The translations under genes and the position numbers were made by a program. DNA of 64,000 nt, taken from Eledone cirrhosa (taxonomy: Eukaryota). The notes under the pieces are model-generated. The model ran no database searches and had not been told where the DNA came from. It saw nothing but the letters and a program-made list of their open reading frames with translations. Positions 16,030 to 30,296 of this stretch are shown in pieces (the stretch's first letter is position 1; every line of letters begins with the position of its first letter). The stretch spans positions 300,080,001 through 300,144,000 of the forward strand of contig OZ024741.1 of assembly GCA_964016885.1 (NCBI GenBank), read 5' to 3'.

Positions 16030-17353
16030 CTTTAAAAGTGGTTGTTGGTTTTTTTACATGCCTGTTTAAGTGTGTGGGAAAATGTGTGAATGTGTAAGTA
16101 TGTGCGTGTGTGTGTGAGAGTGTGAGAAGATATGTCTATACGTAAATGTGGCAGGTAGATGTTTCTCGTGTTAGAACTGGTCTTTGTATGTGTGTGTGTG
16201 AGATATAATAAGTGGAGGTGTAAGCGTGTGTGTGTATGTGCGTGTGTGGGAGGGAGGTGTAAATACGGGGCTAGATGCTCTATCAAGTTATAAATTGGGT
16301 GTTGAGTTCTAGTCTATTATTGATTGGTGGTTGCGTTTTGTCTATAATTAGTGCTTCCTTAATTCTAAGATTGCCGAGGTTTCTTTCCTTAGTTTCTATC
16401 CTAACTGTTATGGTTTTGTCTGTGTTTTTGCATTTAACTAGGTGTTTCTTAAATGAGGAAGCGTTAGTATCGAGGTGTTCTTTTATTCGTATGTGAAGTG
16501 GTTTGGTGGTGCTACCTGCGTAGAAGTTGCTACATTTGTCGCACTCTAGTCTGTATACGACGGAAGCCTGGTGGCATAGGTCTGTGTCGTTGATGGGGCA
16601 GTTGGCTAGGCTGCAGCGGTTGTCATGTCTGGTGGAGTGTCTTTTGGTTAGCTGTTCGCGTAGAGAAGGACCTGAGTGGGCCAGTTAGATATCTAATCCC
16701 TCTCGTTTGATAGCTCTGCGGATGGCTGTTGTTGTTTCGTCACTGAAGTGTGGGAGCTTCAGGAAGCGAGTGTTAGTGCCTCGGATGTGGTGTCCTCTGT
16801 TCCTTCTGGCACGGTTTGTGGTGGATGTCGTGTATCCGTTCAGTTTGAGTACTTCCAGGAAATGTGTGGTGGGTGTGTCTCGGTCTCTAGCGTCGGTGCA
16901 TTTGTTCCGGATACGTGTTAGTTCGTTCCTTATGTATCCGAACTTAGCGCCGGCTGGGAGGGCCGATCTGAAATGTAGAAACAGGTCCCTGCTGGCGGCT
17001 TTTTTATAGAAGCAGGTGTGGATGTTGTCTTCCTTTGTTACCCTGAGTTGGAATTCCAGTAGGGATAGGGATCCGCAGTCATCGGCGTGTTCCATGCTGA
17101 ACTTTATACTGGCGTCCATGCTGGAGAATGTTGTGTATAGTTTTTTCCGCCTCCTCGCGGGATGATGTAAGAATGAGTATGTCATCTACATATCGGGTTA
17201 AGAAGGTATGGGAATGGCAGGTGTTGAGGGCTCGGCATTCTAGCTGGTTCATATAAGTGATGCCAGCAGGCCCGATAGGCTGGATCCCATGGGTAATCCT
17301 GTTGTCTGTATGTATGTGTGGTGGTGGAAGGTGAAGTACGTGTTGTCCACTGT
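16030..17353 (-). pseudogene. Penelope-like element (Nematis-like) RT plus GIY-YIG, disrupted
   Basis: RYVDDILIL, IKFSMEH, FYKK..LHFRSALP, LNGY; past an in-frame TAA: CSLANCP..LC..VVYRLECDKC..YAGST..LHIRIKEH..IKEAL. Confidence 0.85.
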
Positions 17354-17380
17354 GATATATATATATATATATATATATAT

Positions 17381-17862
17381 AACGGCGATGAATTAGTTTT
17401 GCGAGGTTTTTGATATGAAATCGTGTGTCGAAACAAATATTGTTATACTTGGGGAGGATCATATTTGTGTAATAGTATTGCCAGAATTAATAACAGAACA
17501 CACTCACTGTTTGGTTGCATACAATGCAACGGGAAGAAACATAATAGCACCAGTGACGGTGTTGCAGATGTGCAGCGAAAGAATTTTGATATATATATAA
17601 AACATGAATGGAATAGCAACATCACAACTTACAATTAAGGACAAAATGAAAGCATACAGACACACACACAAAATGCTTATATATGTATGTATGCATGTAT
17701 ATATATTTGTTTGTGTCAACATCGTATCTGTATTTTTGACCGTTGGTCAGCCAATGGCAACATTGAGGACCGAATAAATTAAATTAACCAATATAAAAGA
17801 CACAGAAGCGAAAACCAACCAAACAGTGAGTGTGTTCTGTTATTAATTCTGACAATACTATT

Positions 17863-17868
<6 letters not shown>
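17381..17868 (+). mobile_element. PLE pseudo-LTR with 5' inversion (family of 13730) containing a captured ~110-bp fragment
   Basis: Same termini as the 13730 unit; decayed HHR gtgacgg..gaaagaatt; 17597-17705 is the reverse complement of ~18706-18811. Confidence 0.7.
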
Positions 17869-17899
<31 letters not shown>

Positions 17900-18108
17900 A
17901 TCTAAAACTTTTTAATAGAATTCGGAGGAAAATGCCAAAACCCAGCATAAAGAAGCTGTTAAAACATCAAAATGCCCTCGAAACGATGTTGGATAAAGCA
18001 TGACTTCGAAGAAGAGAAATCGACCAATTGATAGGAAGAAAGGCATATCACTTTTTTAACTTCAAAAAATTATTCTTCGTTTTGACATGCTTGTATTCTT
18101 TTCATTGT

Positions 18109-18152
<44 letters not shown>

Positions 18153-18172
18153 GGGGGGCTGGTGTTTTATTC

Positions 18173-18202
<30 letters not shown>

Positions 18203-18203
<1 letters not shown>

Positions 18204-18639
18204 TTCGTTTTTGAATTTGTTTAGCAAGATTCCTCATCTGCAAAGGTGTGTTGAAACCGATATTGTTATACTTTGGGAGGGTCAATGTTACCAATAAGGA
18301 ACCAATAAGAAATGCACACACCAGTGGTTTCCACTTCAATTTATTACACATTTCCGGTTGGTTTCGTTGGTTGGTTCTATAACCGGATGGTTGTTCACAT
18401 ATTGTCTAAGTTCTTTCGTCACACAGTCTGTGACCTCTTCAGTGACAGGGGATTCTTTTCTTTATTTTATATTTTATGCCTCTCATTTGTTCTGTCCTAC
18501 GCCATCTTGTCTGTGTGTGTGTTGTCTGCTTAGTTTGCGCATGTGTTACATCTGGGTGTCTGGGTGTGTATTTATTTGTTTTTATTTATTTATTCATTTG
18601 TTTATTTACATGCCACTAGTTGGTTGTTTGTTCTATGTG

Positions 18640-18709
<70 letters not shown>

Positions 18710-19290
18710 GTGCATACATACATATATAAGCATTTTGTGTGTGTGTCTGTATGCTTCCATTTTGTCCTTAATTGTAAGTTGTGATGTTGCTATTCCATTC
18801 ATGTTTTATATTTAATTTCGGTTGGAGTTCATTTATGTTTATTCCCTCTGCGATTTGTCTAAACATTGCGTCTTTTCTGTGTGTAGATTCAATTTTTATC
18901 TCTATGTTCTCTAATTTGCCCTTATATTCTATTTATGCATGTTGGTGTTGTATTAACGAGTCTTTTTTTATTTTGGAGTTCTCGCCAGTGTTCATTTACT
19001 CGTTCTCCTATGCTACGACCTGTCTCACCTATGTACAGTATATTCTAATTTTTACATTGTCCCTCAGTACATCTTATGCTATATACTATGTTTCTAGTTT
19101 TACAGTTAATTTGGGGGCTTAGTTTACAGATTATCCATTTCTCATCTATACAGAGAGGTATTTGAAAAGGTACGTATTACTAATTAGGGTTTTTATGGAG
19201 GTACCTGGTCCTTCCACTATCTTAATATTTAGTTTAAGTTTATCTAGGGCCCTTATAAATGTGTAAGCTAGTTCCCCTCTAGGGGTTGTA
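18203..19290 (-). pseudogene. PLE 3' fragment (GIY-YIG plus pseudo-LTR), diverged copy of the 46.6-kb family
   Basis: Aligns by eye to 46640-47570; HHR at 18403-18447 (CTGAAGA-g-gtcaca..tgtgac-GAAA-gaac-TT). Confidence 0.85.
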
Positions 19291-19384
19291 TATATATGTA
19301 AAAGGTAAACAGATATAACAACACAATCGGTACAGTATATGGAAGGGATATATTAGGTTATCGCTTGATAGAGCAGGAAGAGAG

Positions 19385-19420
19385 TCCTAACGTTTCGGAC
19401 GCTAGTTCTTCATCAGAAAG
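19385..19420 (-). ncRNA. Minimal type I hammerhead motif
   Basis: cttt-CTGATGA-a-gaac-tagc-gtcc-GAAA-cg-TT-agga; ACGT palindromic stem III typical of PLE minimal HHRs. Confidence 0.6.
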
Positions 19421-19439
19421 ATGAGAAATAAGATCGATT

Positions 19440-19740
19440 GAGGTGATGGGTGAGTTGGAATTGTAAAAATGCCTTTAGATAAAAATAACAGGTCCATTCA
19501 TGCAAAAATGTTGGTGCTGGCGTTTTGTGTATGATTTATCTTTTAGAAAATTGGATGATAGCGCAGGTCTACCTGAAATGCAAAAAAACAACCGTTTTAG
19601 TGATTTCGTTTGTCTTTTACTTTTGATTATTTTGTGTGTTTCAAGTGCTTTTTCCATTCTTGGGTCTTGTTTCAATAGTAGGATGTTCTTGTGAATAATG
19701 TTGTATGCTACCGCATTTCTTGCGTTGTGTAAATACATTA
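19440..19740 (-). pseudogene. PLE RT-EN linker fragment
   Basis: KNILLLKQDPRM..IIKSKRQTKSLKRL resembles the PLE KRQPxNL linker; immediately upstream of the HHR. Confidence 0.45.
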
Positions 19741-20317
19741 CTCACCAATGCCAAATTACCTACCCCAAACCCACAACCAAATGTCAAAAGATGCGGTCGC
19801 TCTAATTGCGGAACTTGCACTCACCTCCTTGAGGCACCATATATACATTACAATCAGGCCAAAATTTTGTTGTAAAAAATCACTTCACTTGCTCATCAAA
19901 AAAATTTGGTTTATGCCATTATGTAAAGGATGCCATGAAGAATGCTTATTCACGTGACTGCATCAACCAACCAAATTTCACTCGTATATGAGAAAACAAT
20001 CTGAAAGCCCCTATCCTTTTTTTTAAATGCATATACAATAAGAACTTTGTAACGCGAACTGATGCGAAATGTATTATACTTATTCACGTGATAGTCATCA
20101 ACCAACCAAATTACTTTTCTAAAAAACGTGGCATTTCAAGCCACTCTTTACCACATAAAACAGAAGTAACATTCGAACATCACCCAGGTCTGAGGGAAGC
20201 CACAAACTCTCCATTTCAAATCTACTTTTGAAAAGGATAAGAACTGTGAAACCGGTAATGAAAACAAATAAATATTCTGAAAAAGACTCCAGTTGTATTT
20301 TCGATTTCATCTTCTTT

Positions 20318-20320
<3 letters not shown>

Positions 20321-20398
<78 letters not shown>

Positions 20399-20417
20399 AA
20401 TATATATGTGTGGGGTA

Positions 20418-20481
<64 letters not shown>

Positions 20482-20722
20482 TGGGTGGGTGTGTGGGTGG
20501 GTGTGTGGGTGTGTGTGTGTGTGTGGGTGTGTGTGTGGGTGTGTGTGGGTGTGTGTGTGGGTGTGTGTGTGTGGGGGGGGGGGTGTGGGTGTGTGTGGGT
20601 GTGTGTGTGGGTGTGTGTGTGGGTGTGTGTGTGGGTGTGGGTGTGTGTGGGTGTGTGTGGGTGTGTGTGTGGGGGGGGGGGTGTGGGGGTGTGTGTGTGG
20701 GTGTGTGTGTGTGTGGGTGGGT

Positions 20723-20767
<45 letters not shown>

Positions 20768-20778
20768 TGTGTGTGTGA
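20321..20778. repeat. (TA)n plus (TG)n/(TGGG) compound microsatellite
   Basis: Direct reading. Confidence 0.95.
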
Positions 20779-21240
20779 GACCAGTAAAAATGTGTTTATC
20801 CGCGTTAGCTGGGTTGTGATTTGGTAAAAATCGGAGTAAGCACAGCAAAGCACTCTACATTCGTAGTGTGTAGTTACCATGGAAATTCACTATAAGAATA
20901 ACATTAAGAAAGGTGTTATGTTTACATAAAGCGTTTATTCATTGTAAGTATTTCTATGTCGTCTCATATAGAGTCAATGGGCAGTAGTTGCTTCGATTGC
21001 AACTACTGCAACTGGTACGCGTGCGATGTCAGGCCCACAGGAAGACGAACACGTTTTTGCCTGCAGAATATCACATAAACGTAAATTCATCTGATGACGT
21101 CGTACCCGTTGAAGCAGCAGATGCAACAAATGCAGCTTGACTGCATGTGGGACGCGATAGAAATAATTATAATGAATAAAAGCTTTATGTAAACATAGCA
21201 TCTTTCTGAATGTGTGTGTGTTTGTATGTAATTGTGTCTT

Positions 21241-21281
<41 letters not shown>

Positions 21282-22110
21282 GCAGAGAGAGAAGAGAGAG
21301 AGAGAGAGATACATCGATACTCAGACACATAGGTATTCTATATTTTAATCCACAATTAAATGCGGAGTTATACAAGGCTTTTATATTCAATTTTATAAAC
21401 AATACAGCTGTTTCAAGGATATACGTAACTACGTCTTTATTACAACATTGGTTGAATCATTTAATAACTATAAACCTATTTGAACTGAAAGTATTCACAT
21501 ATACAACCAATACGTTTTGGTGATATTGCCAATCTACCGTATATTGAGAATTATCATGTACGTAGGCTTTCCGGTTCCATAAATCACTTTTATAATATTT
21601 AATAAACTAAAAACCTGCAAATATACACCCGCATCCACCCAGAGTCAAACACAATCAGAAACACACTCGTAGGACAATGCTCATTCAATGAAGGATGTTT
21701 TAATATTTGAAATAAGTTCCATATTCTATACGCAATACGTAATTCTTTTCAGAAGTAAATCTATTGCTTTGAGGGAAAGGAAATCATATTTCTAGTTATG
21801 CGTATAATCATGGAAATATGCGTATAGCATATAATCTCAGTACAGAATATTTCCGGTTACCGGGTACGTACATTGTTCTACCGACATGGAAAGTTAAATA
21901 ATCGGTAACGCTTGTTGTTATCCTATTATACCATGCCTTATTGTACTCTGACTATTTCCTTCTCTTGTAATGAAAGTCAAAGAAACTGCATAAACAAATA
22001 TTTCTAAGAATTTATGTCAAAGTATCACTAAATATTGTTTAAAATATTTACATGCTAGCTAAAAAATCAGTGTTATACAAATTCCAAGAATTTTCAAAGT
22101 ATTTGTAAAT

Positions 22111-22240
22111 CAATAATAACAACAACAACAACAACAACGACGACGACAACAACAACAACAACAACAACAACAGCAACAACAACAACAGCAGCAGCAACAA
22201 CAGCAACAACAACAACAACAACAACAGAAACAATAATAAT
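22111..22240. repeat. (CAA)n trinucleotide repeat
   Basis: Direct reading. Confidence 0.95.
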
Positions 22241-22621
22241 ACGGGAATCTAAAGAACATAGAGATCGAAAGAGAAATTTTCTGAATAACATTAACATACA
22301 TAGGAAAACGTATAATAAAATTGAAATGACATATTCTGATTCTAGATGTACCATCAGTTGTTGCCTATATAATGGGTCCATATCATAACAAATACGTTTA
22401 ACTGTCTTTGTTTTAACATATCAATGAAATATATTGAGATTGTTTCATAACTTCGTTAACCAGTAGCATTGTCATTCATATAAATCAAAGGGCAATTTAT
22501 ATGTGCTTTTCAAGATATAAACACGTATATCTGAGGAGATGTCGGGGGAATGTCGGCCCACGGTTATTATTATTTTAGCATAGTCGATATTGACTTAATT
22601 GTAAAATACCAATAAAGTTTA

Positions 22622-22975
22622 TATACGGGGTAGCACGTAAATATGGAAGCAAATAAAAATGCTTTTAATAGAAAAACTACTAAATTTATTGACCAGTAAC
22701 ATATATGCAATTATACATAAATATCTTTAGAATACAATGTATAGAGTTTGTTCAAAATGACTCCCACGAGCAGCAATAGCAGTCTCTAACTTCCGTCAAA
22801 CATCTTTCACGAAACATTTTGGGGAGAATTTCTTTCCAAGCGCTTAGTAAAGCTGCTTTTAAATCATCGACTGTCTTAAAGACCTTTGAATAGGCTTTCT
22901 CTTCGTGGATGGATCATACTGAAAAGTTCATAGAGTTTAAATCAGGCGAAAAACAAGGCCAGATCTCATCACAAA
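22622..22975 (-). mobile_element. Tc1/mariner transposase 3' fragment with one TIR
   Basis: WPCFSPDLNS...VDDLKAALLSAW...IAARGSHFEQ (WPxxSPDLNP motif); TA-CGGGGTAG terminus at ~22624. Confidence 0.75.
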
Positions 22976-23167
22976 TACTTACTATCTATTATAACGTTTA
23001 CACCCCCTTTCTCCCTTACGTGTTTTTAATAATTGTTTTTATTATTTTATTTCACTCTTATTTACCCACTAGGTGTTAAGTGTACTCACTTAAGGTTGTA
23101 TGTGGGTGCATATGTAGACAGACTTATGTGTACTTACATATATTATATACGTGTTTTTATTTATCTG

Positions 23168-23251
<84 letters not shown>

Positions 23252-23259
23252 ATGTGTGT

Positions 23260-23361
<102 letters not shown>

Positions 23362-24191
23362 GAGTGGAACAAGTAAACATTAAACAATTTTTTAGATAAT
23401 TTAAAATACGATTTAAAAATGCACCTGTTCTAGTGCTGTGACCGACGGTTTCGCTTATCAAAAGATTGGAAATTCAGAGAATTTCCAATGGAAAGAATCA
23501 GCTCTTCAGACAGCTATTTCCAAACCACAGGGCATAAAGCCTCGTGGCTAGTAAATATATCGCTTTCTGCCCAATGTATGAGGTCAGGCCGTTAAAGTGA
23601 CACACACATAAATAGGCCGTAAGAAAAAGATATATATGTATGTGTGTTTGTGTGTATATATATATGTATTTATAGATATGTATGTATATATTTGTTTAGA
23701 TATATTTTTATTTATGTATGCATGTGTTTGTGTATATATATGTTTGTATATATGTTTATATATGCGTGTATGAACTTACGTATATGATAATTTGTATGCG
23801 TGTGTTAATTTCTTATTGCGTGAGTGTGTGCGCACGCATATGTGTACGTATGTACTTGGGTTGTGTATCTTTGAAATTCATTTATTCATTGTATTTTGTT
23901 GTATGTGTATGCATGTGGATGTGTGTGTTTTTGCATGTATGTATGTGTGTTTATATATGCGTGTGTGTATGTGTGTGTGTATATGTGTTTATATATGAGT
24001 ATATATAGGTAAATGAATACACATGTGTGTGTATGTGTACGTATATCTATTTTATAAATATATATACACATATATATGCGTGCGTGTTTGCATGTGCGTA
24101 TAGGTATATATGTATGTTTATGTATATGTGTGTATGTATGTATATATATATATATATAGTTAAAAGAATAGAGGTGTAACACACAAGTTAT

Positions 24192-24418
24192 TATATATTG
24201 GTAAACGGAATAGAAAATGCTGACAAATTGTTCACAGTTGAAAAATGGTTTAATTAGGAATAAAAGAGTATTAGTGATTGTATGGGTTAGTATTCAGTTG
24301 TGGTTTTCACAACTGAATACTAACCCATACAATCACTAATACTCTTTTATTCCTAATTAAACCATTTTTCAACTGTGAACAATTTGTCAACATTTTCTAT
24401 TCCGTTTACCAATATATA
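24192..24418. repeat. Near-perfect 111-bp-arm hairpin of a repeat end also seen at ~6500-6610
   Basis: 24192-24302 and 24308-24418 inverted with one mismatch seen and a 5-nt loop; TA-rich flanks. Confidence 0.9.
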
Positions 24419-24461
24419 TATATATATATATATAACAAGATATGTATATATATATAACAAG

Positions 24462-24513
<52 letters not shown>

Positions 24514-24644
24514 TGTATATTTGTTCATATTTAAGATGTTTTTACTTTCTTACCCCCCCCCCCCCCTCACACACACACACTCACACATATCGTTGTCAAC
24601 ATGTCCCACCCTTCTTTTACTTTAATTTGTTTTATCTATATATA

Positions 24645-25202
24645 TGTTTCTGAATTTGTTTAGCAAGATTCTTTATCTGAAAACGTTTGTTGAAACCGAT
24701 ATTGTTACACTTTGGGAGGGTCATGTTGGCAATAAATAACACATGTACCAGTTGCTTTCACTCCAATTTATTATAAATTAAATTTTTTTTTTTACTATAA
24801 ATTTCCGGTTGGTTCGTTGGTTCCACAACCGGACGGTTGTTCATATATTGTCAAAGTTCTTTCGTCACACATTTTGTGACCTCTTCGGTGACTAGGGATT
24901 CTTTTCTTTTTTTGTGCCTCTCCTTTTGTCTGTCCTACGCCATCTTGTTTTTGTGTGTGTTGTGTGCTTAGTTTGCGCATGTGTTAATTCCGGGTGTCTG
25001 TGTGTGTTTTTATTTATTCATTTATTTGTTTATTTACATGTTACTGGTTGGTTGTTTGTTCTATGTGTGTGTGTTTTCAACCAACCAACCGGAAATTTAT
25101 GAAAAAAAAAAATTGTTTTTAATTTATTATAAATTGGAGTGAAAGTAACTGGTGCGTCTGTTTCTTATTGGCTACATGACCCTCCCAAAGTATAATAATA
25201 TA
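24645..25202 (-). mobile_element. Solo PLE pseudo-LTR with inverted copy of its 3' end
   Basis: 24645-25075 matches the 46640-47030 family; 25079-25202 is the inverted end; HHR core mutated (CCGAAGA) at 24849-24893. Confidence 0.8.
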
Positions 25203-25212
25203 TATATATATG

Positions 25213-25262
<50 letters not shown>

Positions 25263-25267
<5 letters not shown>

Positions 25268-25452
25268 AAAAGAGTCAGCACCCCGACAGCTAGGTCCGAA
25301 CTCGGATCTAGCGTTGGGATCTAGCTGTCGAAACGGCCGCAGTTCAGCCGTCCGGGCCTTGACTCTTTTCCTATTACCCACTCTACTACCCTAAATATCG
25401 AGTACTCTGGTGCGTTATCGTCCACCTGGTTCCTTACCACACTTCTTTCGTT
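25263..25452 (+). repeat. Short structured repeat with partial hammerhead and terminal inversion
   Basis: gacagctag..ctagctgtc-GAAA-cggc..gccg-TC; ataggaaaagagtca / tgactcttttcctat inverted. Confidence 0.5.
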
Positions 25453-25777
25453 ATATATATATATTAGGAAAAATAAGATAAAACAGAGGTCCAAGTTTAA
25501 AATGTACGACGGAAGTTTACTACATGGATGAAATTTATAGTGAAGCAAATGATTACTGCACGAAACAATATAGTCTATTGTGTGTATATATACACCAAAT
25601 CTACCGACCCATAGAAATATTTATTGAAGAAGAAAAAATAGCCCAATTTCATAACTAGCCGGGTTCATTCAAATATATGTAAACAAATTGTAAGCAATTC
25701 TTTTAATTAAATGTCGTCACTCTATTTAAATGACTTTGGAAAAATGTTATCTACCTCCCATAATCTACTTTCAAAGG

Positions 25778-25966
25778 GCGGTGGAATTGCAGTATAAGTA
25801 GAGGGTCGGACGCCATGCTTTACAGCAAAGTGTTACGACCCGTTATGGTCTGAGTTCAAATCCCGTCGAGGTTAACTTTGCCTTTCATCCTTACGGGGTC
25901 GATAAAATAAAGTACCAGTAATCATTGGATAATTGCTGGCCTTGTGCCAAAAGTAGAAACTATTAT
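25778..25966 (+). mobile_element. tRNA-derived SINE
   Basis: B box gagttcaaatcc; core gcctttcatccttacggggtcgataaaataaagtaccagt. Confidence 0.8.
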
Positions 25967-26569
25967 TTCAAATATTTACATAATATTTACAAACATTATC
26001 AGAAATATTGTGTAAACCATGATATTATATCGGACATTGCTTTCACCAAAATAAATACTATATTTTCAAAATAATAGCTTTCAGCATACACGCGCGGAGA
26101 AAGATACAACTAAATAGATGGACTTCAAACAAAGTAATAATTTGAAAGCCTCACCCGAAAATAATATAATGGTGTTTGACAATATTTGTATCTGTTTACA
26201 TTCAAATACGTCTAAGTAAAAAGAGAATGACCGAACAGACTATATAATTTGAAATGATTGTTTCATTTGTGTTCCGTATATTAACCAGTAGAGAATTAAT
26301 TTACATATATAAAATTTTTAATTTCGTAATAATATACTAAGTTTGCAAATATTGAGTCCAATCCAGAAACCTATGTTATTGAATTTAAAGAATTTCAGCG
26401 ATGTTTCACGCTGTGTTCTTATCTGTAAATACAGTATTCATCAGAAGGTTAATGCCGCATATAACTATATATTATTTAAATATATATATATAAACATTTA
26501 TATATATATATATATATATTCTTCAATCATTCCCGGTTGAAAAAAATATATATGTATATATATATATAT

Positions 26570-26697
<128 letters not shown>

Positions 26698-28059
26698 GTG
26701 GAGGGTGGGTTATGTATGTATGTAATATAAAAGGTATTGTTAAAAGTTAATTATATCACTATCTGATATAGAACACAATACAAAAAGTAGAATGAAATAT
26801 ATATATTTTTTATAAGACATTGCAAAAATTACTTATAAGTTTCGCAGATAAGCCATAGAAACATGACTTTACAACACGATACTAGTTTAAAATTGGAATA
26901 AGGAAATACAAATTCCTTTTTTAGGCAAATATTTCATTAAAAGTGTAAACAATCGCTACTAATGATTACACACTCGGTTTGGAGGTAAATAAGCTGATAA
27001 CGTCTACATACTTTGTCAGAGTTGAAGGATAAATATACATGGAAATCCTATTGTATATGGTCTTTTCACATGCTTAAGGATGTAGCTGTGATATGATTAA
27101 AGCCTACAGTATCCACAGAAAGATCCATATATAGTGAGGGCCGTATTTCTTTCAAGGCCCCTACAAACTTGGCTTGTGGTGCTGACTACGTAATCTTTTT
27201 ACAGAGACACATCAATACAGATGTGTTGTTTTAACAAATGCTTTCAAACGCTGGGTACACCCCCACCCCACCCCAACTGTGGAATTTTCATTGTTATAAT
27301 TTTATTGTTATTTTTTATTGCTTATATCGTTTTTAGTCGATATTTGGAAAACCCCACTGTCCCTCTTTTCTCTACTGTCCTGTTTATGTCGGCCCTTGTA
27401 GCCATAAAGTCGTTATTTCTTAGTTATATAGTAGTCTTACAAGGAATACTCAGTGCCCCTCTAGCGAGACAGATGTAGGTAAATTGTTTTATAATTCTAA
27501 TTCCGTGATCAAGTCGAATAGCGGATATCTTGTTTACAAAACATAGTAATACTGACCGTATATTCAATTATAAGGCCTTTCTAGCGATAGTTGCAAACAA
27601 CGCCAAACAATAATTTCCTGATATGACGGCGTTTCCACCCATTAAAGCTTGTGTGTATGCTGTCTTTATCACTAATAAAATAATATTGTCTCCTTATGGC
27701 AGTATTACATTTCTGTGCTTTTTTGCATCAAAGAAATAATGTTTATGTTAGTCATTTATTTTGTTGCGAGTGACTGCGTCTTTGCTCTAATTTTTCCCAT
27801 ATGGTGGGGGTGTACTTTCCAATTCATATTCCCGTGGATGCCAAAATCGTCGAAGAAAAAGCATTAAATTGCAGAAAACACCCACCTTACTTATTCGTTG
27901 TGGTTGTAGGAAATTCCACACGTCAACACATCCTTTTTTTTTTAAACGGTGTGAAGAAACTATTTCGCATTCACATTGAATCTGTTATCCAAAACATGTA
28001 AATGATAATAACAGAAACAAATATATATAATACTGTCTATATCTCTATATTTTATATTA

Positions 28060-28800
28060 TTTATGTTCATACACAGAATAACAAACGCTATCTAAGGATT
28101 CAAGGTCCAATTATGACGATCTCCAGAGATGGTGCATGGGGTGCAACTGAATTTGACTTAGTCATCAGGCCCTTGAATGAGTATGAAGATAGTATATCAT
28201 CGCGGTTGATCAAATCATAAAGTTATACACCATCTAATTCAGCGTAGGGTGATGTTGTCAAGGTTGTCTAAGTTTGCGATATTTTTAATTCTGGGATGTA
28301 TTGTGCTCACCATTTAGTTGCGGTTTAAGTTGGGATACTATTTGAAGTATTCTACTAACGCAGTATTTCTCCGTCAGGGTTATTATATGTTTTATTACAT
28401 TCTATATCGTCATAGAAATGTTTCTAACGTCAGTTGTTGGCAACTACCAAAGATCAGCGCTTCTGTTAATACATTATAATCCACCCTAATATTTTCCACT
28501 GTTTCGCTTAAACAGAGGCTGTAGATATTAGAGACCCCACAGTAGGAGGCACGTTTAGTAACTTCGACCCGTCTAGTGAGTATTCAGTCTTTCCTAACTT
28601 AATTTTCCAAACCAGCTCAGAGAAAGCACTGCGCATACGTTTCTCTATTGTTAATTTGGTCAACGTTGTTCCTACATAAATATATGATGTGTTGCAGATC
28701 GTGACCGTACAATCAGAGGTGAGGATATTTTAGAAGGTATATATTTTTCAACGGCCATTTGCTAGTCCCTGCAGTTGCATGTTCTCTTCGACAACCTTGT
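28060..28800 (-). pseudogene. Heavily decayed Neptune-type PLE GIY-YIG
   Basis: Across frameshifts: RTCNCR..WPLKN..CTVTICNTSYIYVGTT..SAFSELVWKIK. Confidence 0.5.
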
Positions 28801-30107
28801 ATCCACAATAGAGTGTTTTTTTTGTGAGATCGAATCATTTCATCCCATGTTCCTGCTCCAGTTGGTGGGCGTGTATTTGCCGTTGCCCCGGACTACCATC
28901 CCTTGCTTCGTTCATGCCATCTAAAGTAACACAATCTTCTACACAACCAATACTCGACACTGTAACATGGCTAATTCACGCATCAAATATTCTAGCAAGC
29001 TGAAATTCATTAATGTTACTCAAACCGCATACAACATGCCCAACATATTTAACATCCAGTATCGAAATATATAAAATCGATTACATACAACTTTTTTACT
29101 GTCCAAAATGAATGAACGGATCTCCGTCACATTCTGCTAAGAGTGTTCCAGTTGTTCACACAACGGAACAACCTGCTCACGAATTAACGGATAAGTGACT
29201 GAACCTTCCACAGAAATGTGTAGCCGTAACTTAATTCTCAGGGAGATTCAACTTGACAGAATGTTACACTGTTGACATTTTGAATTACTGGCAAATTCCA
29301 TCTGACGTAATTCGAATGAATTTTCTTCTACCCATATTGTCCCACAAGGCTTGCTTTGATCCCAAGCTATGATCACTGCCATGGTCAAGGTGTCATACAG
29401 TAGTTGATCCATACCCTATTGGTCACAAATCCAGATTATTCACCCAAGAAAATAACGCAACACACACTATACACAAACTAAATAACAGAATACATATTGA
29501 ATAACGCTATAAACAGAAAATTAAAACTCATAACACAAACAACTGCTACAGAACACTATCATGGAAATATAAAAAGATATGATGCAGATAGCCCAGGAAC
29601 AGATATGTACACCTGGTGCTGAAGAAGATACTCGCATGAAACTTTTGAAAAAAATATGTTAATGATTTTATTACTATTAACATATAATTCACAAATTTTG
29701 TTTACTAGTTGAAAGTTAATGTATATTATTTTTTAACCTCTAGTTCATTCAGACCTAACCGGCATGTTAGACGTGGTTACATGTAATTACATCAATAATT
29801 TTTCTTTTTGTTGAAATTGAATGCTTTATACGTTGTTTGGTTTTATTTCAATTTAATTTTATACACACACACGGATATATATGTACATATGTAATGGGAT
29901 AATTGTTGGCCTCGTGCCAAAAGTAGAAACAATTATTTAATAAAGAAATTGTTTCTGCAGGGCAAGAAAGGGTTTATTCTGATAAAACCGTCAAGAATGA
30001 AACAGTTCTACGCTTGTAAACGATATATACCTGGATATAACTGTAGATGATATGAACAGAGGTTTAATGAGCTTTTTACTGATGAACATTATATATTTAT
30101 TGATAGT

Positions 30108-30296
30108 AGGTGGATTGGCAGTATCGGTAGAGGGTCGGACGCCATACTTTGACACACAGAGTTACGGCCCTTGCCATTCTGAGTTCAAATCTCGCCGAGG
30201 TTAACTTTGCCTTTCATCTTTACGGGGTCGATAAAATAAAGTACCAGTAATGCATGGGTAATTGCTGGCCTTGTGCCAAACGGTAGAAACAATTAT
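30108..30296 (+). mobile_element. tRNA-derived SINE
   Basis: A box tggcagtatcgg, B box gagttcaaatct, same core as 2190. Confidence 0.85.

Noticed and set aside
21085-21120. CTGATGA and the surrounding 142-aa ORF
   Set aside because: No GAAA or stem pairing; the ORF includes microsatellite and has no recognisable domain.
23465-23520. Minus-strand CTGAAGA...GAAA
   Set aside because: Stems I and II do not pair.
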